This document shows, in pieces, positions 1 to 8,051 of a DNA stretch of 64,000 nt. The stretch is from a virus. Each line of letters begins with the position of its first letter. Position 1 is the first letter of the stretch. The position numbers and the translations under genes were made by a program. The stretch lies in the IMG/VR virus record IMGVR_UViG_3300032285_004186. One strand, given 5' to 3'. A model generated the notes under the pieces. It made no database searches, was not told the DNA's origin, and saw only the letters and a program-made list of their open reading frames with translations.

Positions 1-300
1 GCTCCGAGTATTGTTGGAGGTGATTTCTATTGTGGCGGCAATCAATTGACCAGCTTGCAAGGTGCTCCGAGTACTGTTGGAGGTGCTTTCACTTGTAACT
101 ACAATCAATTGACCAGCTTGCAAGGGGCACCAAGTTCTGTTGGTGGTGGTTTCTATTGCGACAACAATCACTTGACTAGCTTACAAGGGGCTCCAAGTAC
201 TGTTAGTGGTAATTTCTATTGTTACTACAATCAATTATCTAGCTTGCAATATGCTCCGAGTACTGTTGGTGGTAGTTTCAATTGTTACTACAATCAATTC
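1..300 (+). repeat. Tandem 63-nt coding repeat (about 4.8 copies visible) encoding LRR-like units
   Basis: Units start at 1, 64, 127, 190 and 253 with GCT/GCA CCR AGT. Confidence 0.95.
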
Positions 301-1173
301 TCATTTCCTATTATTTCACCGGATGTTGCTAATGTTTATTGGGAATATGCTTCAAACAACGCTCGCAAACATGCTACCTATCACCACTATATCTTTGGCA
401 ATTATTATATGGATGTAGCCACTGCTGTGGTAGGAACTGTATTATATACGGCTTCAGATAGTAATACAGTAGTAGCTAATGCATCTTTTAATACAACAAC
501 TAATACAGTTTATACCAACGGAAATGGAGAAATTACTAGTATAGCGGAACTATGGTATAAAGATTCCTCTAATGCCCATCGAGCAGTTACACTTCACGGT
601 AACGTGACTTCAACAAATCTAGGAGGCGGGGTAAGAGTTGCAAATTTTACCGGTGATAATACTAGTTATCTGGATGTAAACATATCCGGTGTAGGTACTG
701 GTGATTTCACGTTTGAAACATTTTTGAAATCCAATCTTACAAATCCTTCAACCACGCCTTGTATAGTAGATTCAAGAAATAGCGGCACATCATTTAATCC
801 AGTTCAAGGAAACAGCGGTCAAATCAGGGCTTCAGATGATACCATAGACCAAGATTTGGGTGTTTTAGCTTATGGAGCTTGGCATCACTTGGCGATTGTG
901 AGAACTGGTGGACATAGATATTATTATGTGGATGGAGTTCTTAAACTAACTTCAACAGACAATAACCGCAACATATCAGACGGCCAATGGCTCATAGGAG
1001 CTTGTATTGTTCACAGTGGATATGATTGGAATGGTCAATTAGCCAGCATGCGCTTGTCTAAGACAGCCCGTTACAGTGGTTCTAGCTTAACAGTTCCGAC
1101 AGCTATTCATACGCCAGACTCAAACGACGTATTTGTGTTAAACTTTGGTGCCTCTGCAGTACCAACCGTGTAA
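1..1173 (+). CDS. Adhesin/fibre-like protein (5'-truncated): 21-aa LRR-like repeats followed by a C-terminal LamG/ConA-like domain
   Basis: Frame 1 is open from base 1, so the TTG at 46 is internal. Repeats APSTVGGxFxCxxNQLTSLQG. C-terminal GDFTFETF...WHHLAIVRTGG..YYVDG...WNGQLASMRLSKTARY is typical of LamG-like domains. Confidence 0.75.
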   Translation, partial: APSIVGGDFYCGGNQLTSLQGAPSTVGGAFTCNYNQLTSLQGAPSSVGGGFYCDNNHLTSLQGAPSTVSGNFYCYYNQLSSLQYAPSTVGGSFNCYYNQFSFPIISPDVANVYWEYASNNARKHATYHHYIFGNYYMDVATAVVGTVLYTASDSNTVVANASFNTTTNTVYTNGNGEITSIAELWYKDSSNAHRAVTLHGNVTSTNLGGGVRVANFTGDNTSYLDVNISGVGTGDFTFETFLKSNLTNPSTTPCIVDSRNSGTSFNPVQGNSGQIRASDDTIDQDLGVLAYGAWHHLAIVRTGGHRYYYVDGVLKLTSTDNNRNISDGQWLIGACIVHSGYDWNGQLASMRLSKTARYSGSSLTVPTAIHTPDSNDVFVLNFGASAVPTV

Positions 1174-1176
1174 AGT

Positions 1177-2721
1177 ATGAAAATATCAATACCCAACAAA
1201 GAATCTATTGACATAGAAACTTTGAAAAAGGTATTGGTTACAGGATTAAAAAACACTGCAGGTCCCATCCCTGCAGTGTTTTCTTTTGAAATACCTGTAA
1301 CTGATATCTTAAATTTGAAGGAATATGAAATATCTGATAATTTAATAGAGCAAATAGAAACTATACAATTTAAGTATATTCATTCAAATGCTATAAAAAT
1401 AGGTAATTGGTATAACAAAAAAAAATTGCCCAATTTAATTATTGATATGAAAATAGGGATACCTCAAACTTTACAAGTAAAAAAAATTAAAAATCTTCAA
1501 TTGGAAGTGGTTAAAGATGAACAAATTATTTTAACAAATAAAATAAACCTTGAAAAAATATCAATTGGTTTTGTAAATTTAACACAAGATGTTTATAAAA
1601 CCTGTAATAAATTGCAATATAGAATTGTTTATAAAAACAGTATTACAGATATTATAAAATATGACAACAAGGCAGATGCTCTTTATAATTCCCTAGCCTC
1701 TGGTGCTCACCTTTGTGTAAGACATAAAATTTCAAATGTCTATAAAGATACACTCGAGGATAGATTGCTTTGTTTAAAAGAAATAGATAAAAAAATAGAA
1801 CAAGCTTTTATACATGATAATGAACCAGAGGGTTTGAAGAATTTAATATATTACTGTGTTTATTTTGATAAAGGTTATACAAATTTGTTAAATTTATCTA
1901 TAAATTCTATACTACAAAATAGTAAATCTTCTTTTGATATAATGATTATTACAGATGAAGATACTAAAAAAATTGTAGAAACTTTATCATTTACTAAAAA
2001 AATTAAGCCATTATTTTTTATAACAGAAACTCCTGGAGACGGAGTAGATGCGTCTCAAAAGAAAACTCAAATTTATAATTGGAACAGAATAAATGATTAT
2101 AAAAAAATATTATTTTTAGATTGTGATATAGTTTGTACTAAGGATATTAATAAAATATTCAGCTTAGAATACAAACCAGGTTTTATATACGGAGCAAAAC
2201 CCTTGACTTTAGATTACGGAGCACATAAGGGAGTGTGGCACGGTTTTCCTTTTTTAGGACAAGAAATGGTGGATGAAATGAGAGAAGCTAAACAAATGCC
2301 CTTTAATGCTGGACAATTCTTTTTCATTAATACTAAGAGAATGAAATATCATTTTAACAATGTTAATTGGTTGATGGAAAATTGGTCAGGTGAATATTTT
2401 TTTGAACAAGCCTTTATGTGTTATTATTTCGGCAAGGCATATTCTATTGGAAATAATCTCTTAGACAATCATGTAACTTTAATTAATACTACGAATGATA
2501 TGAAATATATCTTTAATGACAATACACATTTGATTCATTTCATAGCTCCTCCGTTACAAGCAGATAAAAAAATAAAATTTATTGAAAATTATTTTAAGAA
2601 AAATTTAACACTAAAAGTTAAATTTTTAACATTTTTTAGAAAAACTTTTATATATGCCTTATTCAAAAAAATACAATCTTTTTTTCATACACATTCCAAA
2701 GACCGCAGGGACTACTATTGA
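1177..2721 (+). CDS. Glycosyltransferase (GT-A, GT8-like C-terminal domain)
   Basis: LSINSIL, IMIITD, YKKILFLDCDIV (DxD), FNAGQFF, EQAFM, LIHF motifs. Confidence 0.75.
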   Translation: MKISIPNKESIDIETLKKVLVTGLKNTAGPIPAVFSFEIPVTDILNLKEYEISDNLIEQIETIQFKYIHSNAIKIGNWYNKKKLPNLIIDMKIGIPQTLQVKKIKNLQLEVVKDEQIILTNKINLEKISIGFVNLTQDVYKTCNKLQYRIVYKNSITDIIKYDNKADALYNSLASGAHLCVRHKISNVYKDTLEDRLLCLKEIDKKIEQAFIHDNEPEGLKNLIYYCVYFDKGYTNLLNLSINSILQNSKSSFDIMIITDEDTKKIVETLSFTKKIKPLFFITETPGDGVDASQKKTQIYNWNRINDYKKILFLDCDIVCTKDINKIFSLEYKPGFIYGAKPLTLDYGAHKGVWHGFPFLGQEMVDEMREAKQMPFNAGQFFFINTKRMKYHFNNVNWLMENWSGEYFFEQAFMCYYFGKAYSIGNNLLDNHVTLINTTNDMKYIFNDNTHLIHFIAPPLQADKKIKFIENYFKKNLTLKVKFLTFFRKTFIYALFKKIQSFFHTHSKDRRDYY

Positions 2722-3274
2722 AAAGTCTTTGGACATGCTAAAAAATGATTGCCTATTTTCAGAAAGAAAATATGAAGGCAAAAATGTTACAGCTCAGCAT
2801 TTTACATTGACAGAGATAGAAGAAGTGATGGGCTCTAAAATTAATAACTATGATATTTTTACAATAGTTAGAAATCCTTTTGACAGAATTGTATCTGAAT
2901 ATCTTCATATTAAATACAATGATTGGGCCATCTCCTATAAAAATTTATCATTTGAAGATTTTATAGCTAAATCTTTAAATACATTAACTGAAGAAAGAAT
3001 CCGTATATTTGATGCTCATCTTGAATTACAATCATCCTTCTTACAAGGCAACAATAACAATCGAGTAAAAATTTTTAAATATGAAAATTTAAATGAAGTA
3101 TTTGAATGGCTTAAAATTACAACGAAAGAGTCTCTTGTATTTGGACATGAAAGAAAATCAGACCGAAAACACTATAAGGAATATTTTACAAATTCTAACA
3201 CTGTTGAGAGAGTAATTAACTTTTATGCAAAAGATTTTGAATTATTTGGATATTCTACGCAAATTAAAACTTAA
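2654..3274 (+). CDS. Sulfotransferase (Sulfotransfer_2-like)
   Basis: 5'-PSB loop FFIHIPKTAGTTI, 3'-PB motif FTIVRNPFDRIVSEY, terminal YAKDFELFGY. Confidence 0.85.
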   Translation: MPYSKKYNLFFIHIPKTAGTTIEKSLDMLKNDCLFSERKYEGKNVTAQHFTLTEIEEVMGSKINNYDIFTIVRNPFDRIVSEYLHIKYNDWAISYKNLSFEDFIAKSLNTLTEERIRIFDAHLELQSSFLQGNNNNRVKIFKYENLNEVFEWLKITTKESLVFGHERKSDRKHYKEYFTNSNTVERVINFYAKDFELFGYSTQIKT

Positions 3275-3344
3275 ATTAAAAATTATATCAAAAATCTCTC
3301 TCTCTAAACTATAAGTATTAATAGTCTGTTTATTTTAAAATATT

Positions 3345-4796
3345 ATGTCTTTACAAATTGTTTCCAACCTTCAATCATCTGGGTCCTTTAACCTTCAAAG
3401 TTTAAGTGCGGTTAATTTAACTGCATCTCAAGGTGTTAGTTCTTTAAACGTTTATGCAGCTAATTCTGTTGGTGTGGGTATTTCCTCTCCTACAGAAAAA
3501 CTTCATGTAGTTGGTAATGTATTAATTACCGGCAGTTTATCTGCTTTAGGAGATGTTACTCGTTTAGAAACTACGGTTACAGAAGTCAGTGCCTTGTATA
3601 TTACCAATACTGGTTCCGGTCCTGCATTGACTGTCACACAAACCGGAGATGCCGCTATTGCAGCTTTTTATGATGAAAATAATCAAATAAGTTTATATGT
3701 AGATGGTCATACAGATAGACCCGGACATGTTGGTGTTGGCACAGAAACTCCTAATGAAAAATTAACTGTTGTTGGAAATATTTCTGCTACAGGATACATA
3801 TACGGGGATATAGGCCCTTCCATGGCATTGATAGTTACAGGAGCCTGGAGTTCTTCTGCTTCTTATGCTCCTGGATATATTGTGGAATATAACGGTTCTA
3901 GTTATATAAGCAAAACCTCAAACAGCAACAAGCAACCGGATACAAATAGCTCTGATTGGAATTTATTTGTTGAAAAAGGAGATCAAGGTCCTCAAGGTAC
4001 TCAAGGCAATCAAGGTGCACAAGGAGATCAAGGTTCACAAGGAGATCAAGGCGCTCAGGGAGATCAAGGTGCGCAAGGAAACCAAGGAGATCAAGGTTCT
4101 CAAGGTGATCAAGGAGCTCAAGGAGATCAAGGCGCACAAGGTGCACAAGGAGATCAAGGTTCTCAAGGTGCACAAGGCGATCAAGGTGCACAAGGCGATC
4201 AAGGTGCACAAGGTGATCAAGGTGCACAAGGTGATCAAGGTGCACAAGGTTCACAAGGTGATCAAGGTGCACAAGGTGATCAAGGTGCTCAAGGAGATCA
4301 AGGTGCTCAAGGAGATCAAGGAGCTCAAGGTTCACAAGGTGATCAAGGTGCACAAGGTGATCAAGGATCACAAGGTGATCAAGGTTCACAAGGTTCACAA
4401 GGTGATCAAGGTGCACAGGGTGATCAAGGCGCTCAGGGCTCACAAGGTGATCAAGGTGATCAAGGTGATCAAGGTTCACAAGGAGATCAAGGAGCTCAAG
4501 GAGATCAAGGAGATCAAGGTTCACAAGGTGATCAAGGCGCACAAGGCGCACAAGGAGATCAAGGAGATCAAGGTGCAGTTGGTTTGATAAAATATGTAGA
4601 GACTGTTACTTTAACAAGTGGTTCACAAAACATTACCATCAACCACAATCTTGACACAGATGTTATTCCAGCAGTTGTAAATGTAACTTCTGGAGATGTG
4701 ATATTAGTTGCTGCTACTAAATTGAATTCAAATTCTATGGAATTTGCTTTTGAAAATGTTACAGCTGGTGATTATAAATTTATTATCTTTGGGTAA
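3345..4796 (+). CDS. Collagen-like virion fibre protein
   Basis: VGVGISSPTEKLHVVGN and VGVGTETPNEKLTVVGN fibre repeats; a WSSSASYAPGYIVEYNGSSY ChBD3/CBM-like motif; about 200 aa of G-X-Q triplets; C-terminal ITINHNLDT. Confidence 0.8.
   Translation: MSLQIVSNLQSSGSFNLQSLSAVNLTASQGVSSLNVYAANSVGVGISSPTEKLHVVGNVLITGSLSALGDVTRLETTVTEVSALYITNTGSGPALTVTQTGDAAIAAFYDENNQISLYVDGHTDRPGHVGVGTETPNEKLTVVGNISATGYIYGDIGPSMALIVTGAWSSSASYAPGYIVEYNGSSYISKTSNSNKQPDTNSSDWNLFVEKGDQGPQGTQGNQGAQGDQGSQGDQGAQGDQGAQGNQGDQGSQGDQGAQGDQGAQGAQGDQGSQGAQGDQGAQGDQGAQGDQGAQGDQGAQGSQGDQGAQGDQGAQGDQGAQGDQGAQGSQGDQGAQGDQGSQGDQGSQGSQGDQGAQGDQGAQGSQGDQGDQGDQGSQGDQGAQGDQGDQGSQGDQGAQGAQGDQGDQGAVGLIKYVETVTLTSGSQNITINHNLDTDVIPAVVNVTSGDVILVAATKLNSNSMEFAFENVTAGDYKFIIFG
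3978..4577 (+). repeat. 9-nt-period collagen repeat tract (GGN-NNN-CAA)
   Basis: Continuous caaggtgat/caaggtgca/caaggttca-type units encoding GDQ/GAQ/GSQ. Confidence 0.95.
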
Positions 4797-4819
4797 TAAT
4801 TAATTTAAGATTAAAACAT

Positions 4820-4852
4820 AAAAAGAGGTCTCATTATGAGACCTCTTTTTTT
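4820..4852 (+). terminator. Rho-independent terminator, probably bidirectional
   Basis: AAAAAGAGGTCTCA-TTA-TGAGACCTCTTTTTTT hairpin after the collagen gene. Confidence 0.85.
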
Positions 4853-4901
4853 ATGGTTTAGCTAGTTATATTTTTATTATTGGTTATAATTATGTTCTTA
4901 A

Positions 4902-6083
4902 ATGAAGCTTTCAATTTTTACGCCGACCAATAATATTCAGTGGTTAGATTTGCCATATCAATCTATATCCAAACAAATAGATTTAGATTTAAATTTAGAT
5001 GTAGAATGGATAATTGTTCCAAACAATAATGTAGAAATACCTTCAGAAATACAAAACAAAAGATGGGTTCGTGTGGTTAGATGTTCTTCTGAATTAAAAA
5101 ATATAGGAGCTTTAAAACATTTTGCATGTGAACAAGCAACCGGTGATGTCTTTATAGAACTAGATCACGATGACGAATTGTTGCCTGGTTCATTAAGAAG
5201 AATACATGACGAAATGAAAGACAAACCTAATTCATTTTTGTATTCAGACAAAACTGTAAAAAGACATGACAACAAACCACAGATATATGGACATGTTTGG
5301 GGATGGGAACATTATAATTGGAATGATCAAATAATTAATAAAGGATTTTTACCAGATGCTAGGTCTTTGTGTCAAATTTTTTATGCTCCAGATCATGTAA
5401 GAGTCTGGTCTCGAGAATCTTATAAACTCTCAGGAGGACATGATAAGTCTTTATTTGTTGGGGATGATCACGATTTAGTCATTCGAACTTATCTAGCTGG
5501 TTCTGAATTTATCTTTATCCAAGAACCTCTTTATAATTATTTTATTCACGGAAATAATTCTTGGTTGCAAAATTGTGACAAGGTTCAAAAACAACAACAT
5601 AATAATACTGAAAAACATCTGAGACCTTTGATTAAAGAATGGTGTAGACGAGAAAATTTGTCGATTATAAATTATCCTTCTGAGAAATTTACGGAAGCAC
5701 AACCAAACAGTATTGGATGTATTATAGCTAATGATGTTATAGCTTCTATATCAGCTGGAGCTTCGGTGATAGAATTCATGAATAAGTGTTATGAACTATT
5801 GGTTCCTGGTGGTTGGTTGCAAATTGATGTACCCTCTACAGACGGAAGAGGAGCATTTTGTGATCCTATGCATGTGTCTTTTTGGAATGAATTAAGTTTT
5901 AGATATTATACTAATAAAAACTTTTCTAAATTTATTCCACAATACAAAGGAAGATTTCAACAAGTTATTTTAAAAACTCACATGCCAAGTAAATGGCATC
6001 AAGATAATAATGTGCCATATGTTCGATCAGATATGTGTGCCATTAAAAAGAATCATCGTTTGGCTGGGTATTGTTATATTTAA
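4902..6083 (+). CDS. GT2 glycosyltransferase fused to a truncated methyltransferase-like C-terminal domain
   Basis: KLSIFTPT, EWIIVPN, GDVFIELDHDDEL, GDDHDLVIR; the C-terminal MNKCYELLVPGGWLQIDVP...DPMH resembles the C-terminal half of a class I MTase. Confidence 0.75.
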   Translation: MKLSIFTPTNNIQWLDLPYQSISKQIDLDLNLDVEWIIVPNNNVEIPSEIQNKRWVRVVRCSSELKNIGALKHFACEQATGDVFIELDHDDELLPGSLRRIHDEMKDKPNSFLYSDKTVKRHDNKPQIYGHVWGWEHYNWNDQIINKGFLPDARSLCQIFYAPDHVRVWSRESYKLSGGHDKSLFVGDDHDLVIRTYLAGSEFIFIQEPLYNYFIHGNNSWLQNCDKVQKQQHNNTEKHLRPLIKEWCRRENLSIINYPSEKFTEAQPNSIGCIIANDVIASISAGASVIEFMNKCYELLVPGGWLQIDVPSTDGRGAFCDPMHVSFWNELSFRYYTNKNFSKFIPQYKGRFQQVILKTHMPSKWHQDNNVPYVRSDMCAIKKNHRLAGYCYI

Positions 6084-6716
6084 ATGCAACCTGTAGTAGC
6101 TATTATAACTCCAACCTATAACAGATCATTAGAGGTATTGGATCGGTGTATAAGGTCTGTTCAGTGGCAAAACTATGGCATAAACAATATAAAACATTTC
6201 ATATGTCATGATGGTCCAAATCCAGAAAAGGAAAAATATGAAAAATATTTTTTAGATAATCAATGGTCTAATACTTTTTATTCTGAATTAGAAGTTAACA
6301 CAAATTCTTATGGAGCCGGTGTGCGTCAATATATTCTAGATAATCTAAAAGCTGAAGAAGTAAAATATATAGTACATTTGGATGACGATAATTTAATATT
6401 TCCAGAATTTGTTTTTGAACATGTTAACATTTTAGAAAACAATGAAGATGTATATTTTTCCATATGTAAAATTATTCACATGGGCCCTCTGCCTTCTAAA
6501 TTAGGAAATCCGCCACAGATAATTAACGGCACTCCTCCAGTATTTCAAAATATAGATACATTGCAAATTATGGTAAAAACTAGTGCTATGCAAACTTGTG
6601 GTTGGACTCAAAATAGGGGTAAACAAGGGTATTGTAATGACGGATACACTTATGAACGTCTAGGTTTAATGTTTAAATGGATAGAATTGCCTAGATTGTT
6701 GGCTGTACACCTATAA
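6084..6716 (+). CDS. GT2 glycosyltransferase
   Basis: VAIITPTYNR, CIRSVQWQ, CHDG, YIVHLDDDN. Confidence 0.85.
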   Translation: MQPVVAIITPTYNRSLEVLDRCIRSVQWQNYGINNIKHFICHDGPNPEKEKYEKYFLDNQWSNTFYSELEVNTNSYGAGVRQYILDNLKAEEVKYIVHLDDDNLIFPEFVFEHVNILENNEDVYFSICKIIHMGPLPSKLGNPPQIINGTPPVFQNIDTLQIMVKTSAMQTCGWTQNRGKQGYCNDGYTYERLGLMFKWIELPRLLAVHL

Positions 6717-6730
6717 ATATAAATAATAGT

Positions 6731-6967
6731 ATGAGAATTGTAATACAACCAGAAGTGGCTATTGAATTGCCGGAAGTCAGGGTATTGGCTGTTAGAGATC
6801 AAATACATGACAAAAAAATAATAGCCAAGATTAATGGATTACCAAGAGGAGTTGTATTGTGGGGACCAGCTGAATATGACTCTCCCGAAGCTCAACATTG
6901 GACCAATGAATCTGCTAATGACAGGGCATGGCACGTTCTTCAAAAAAATCCAGTGCCTTTTGAATAG
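6731..6967 (+). CDS. Hypothetical protein
   Basis: 78-aa ORF preceded by tandem TATAAATA motifs (6712-6725). Confidence 0.7.
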   Translation: MRIVIQPEVAIELPEVRVLAVRDQIHDKKIIAKINGLPRGVVLWGPAEYDSPEAQHWTNESANDRAWHVLQKNPVPFE

Positions 6968-7002
6968 TCTTATATTATATTCTTTATAGTTCTTTAACAT
7001 TT

Positions 7003-7429
7003 GGGGGCGTATTGGTTTCGACTGAGCGCTGAAAACTTTAGTTGCAATCCGAGGAAGTCTGGTTGGCCTCGTTAAAAAGCTGGACAAACAAATAAATGCA
7101 ACTGATAATACAGAAGCACTCTTAGCTGAAGCAACTCACATCATCAACAACTTCGAGGACTACCTCGCAGAAGAAGAGATGTACGAGCTCGCAGCCTAAA
7201 AAACAGAAATGGATCCTATTAAAATTTCTGGAGTAACGTAAGTAGGTTTGAGCAAGATCGTGAAACTCTTTAAAAACAAATCGAGAGTAGCTGGTAGACT
7301 TCGCGCCAGCAGGTAAGACTAAAAAAATAGCTAACTACCTAAGGTCTAAAGAAAGTTAGCACAATTATGATTGTCGACGCTAGAGTCTAAGTTTTCAGGA
7401 CAGGGGTTCAACTCCCCTCGCCTCCACCA
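7003..7429 (+). ncRNA. ssrA: tmRNA (one-piece), phage-encoded
   Basis: 5' GGGGGCGTATTGGTTTCGAC and 3' CAGGGGTTCAACTCCCCTCGCCTCCACCA. The 7-bp acceptor stem has G3:U, discriminator A and encoded CCA. Tag ORF 7098-7199 follows ATAAAT and ends LAA-stop. Confidence 0.96.
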
Positions 7430-7431
7430 TT

Positions 7432-8013
7432 TTATTTTAATTGAAGATATACTTCCCCATAAGCTTCTAACATTCCCATGAGATGTTGAAACCGTTGTTG
7501 AGTTAAATCAGACCAATCTTTTAAATCTTCCATAACTGCGTCTGCTTTATCTCTAATAAGATCTGCTGCATTGTCTTTTTCACAAACTTTTAAAGAATAT
7601 TCATAGGGTTTTTCTTTAGCAGCAAAATGAACTGCTGTAAGCAAAGCAGCCCCTCCCTTAGCTTCAGCTTTCTTTTGAATATCAGCAGCTCCTTTTTTAC
7701 GTTTAGTAATAAATTCTTTTGGTTCTAATGGTTGCTTGGCTTTTAGTTTGATAGCTTCTGTAAGCACCTCTAGACTTTCTTTTAAAGCTTTTAATTGGCC
7801 TCCTCTTCTTAAGGCTCCTCTATAATTTGAAGCTTGCAATTTAGCTTGAGGAGAATTATGATGTTTTGAAACCCATTGACTTAATTTTTGTAATTTAGAA
7901 GAAGTAGAGAGTCCTTTAAGACTTAATCTAAATTTTTGCCAGCTATCTGAAGAGACTACTTTATCTATTTGTTGATGAGTGGCTTCAGAAAAAAGAGTTT
8001 CAAAATCTTTCAT
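7432..8013 (-). CDS. Hypothetical basic protein, putative head-internal protein
   Basis: 193 aa; N-terminal MKDFETLFSEA and internal LKESLEVLTEA; TAAGTA 7 nt upstream. Confidence 0.65.
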   Translation of the reverse strand: MKDFETLFSEATHQQIDKVVSSDSWQKFRLSLKGLSTSSKLQKLSQWVSKHHNSPQAKLQASNYRGALRRGGQLKALKESLEVLTEAIKLKAKQPLEPKEFITKRKKGAADIQKKAEAKGGAALLTAVHFAAKEKPYEYSLKVCEKDNAADLIRDKADAVMEDLKDWSDLTQQRFQHLMGMLEAYGEVYLQLK

Positions 8014-8051
8014 ATTACTTTACTTATCGTTAATAATTATAAATATACTAT

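Noticed and set aside
3978-4577. Possible CRISPR array or non-coding repeat
   Set aside because: No unique spacers; the tract is in-frame coding G-X-Q. The 63-nt repeats at 1-300 are likewise coding.
3898-4587. Alternative-frame ORFs 3898-4551(-), 3967-4587(+) and 4035-4247(-)
   Set aside because: Shadows of the stop-poor 9-nt collagen repeat.
6839-7087. 82-aa minus-strand ORF
   Set aside because: Antisense to the tmRNA 5' end and to the 6731 gene.
7399-7429. Stand-alone tRNA
   Set aside because: The T-arm and CCA pair with 7003-7009 as the tRNA-like domain of the tmRNA; there is no anticodon arm.
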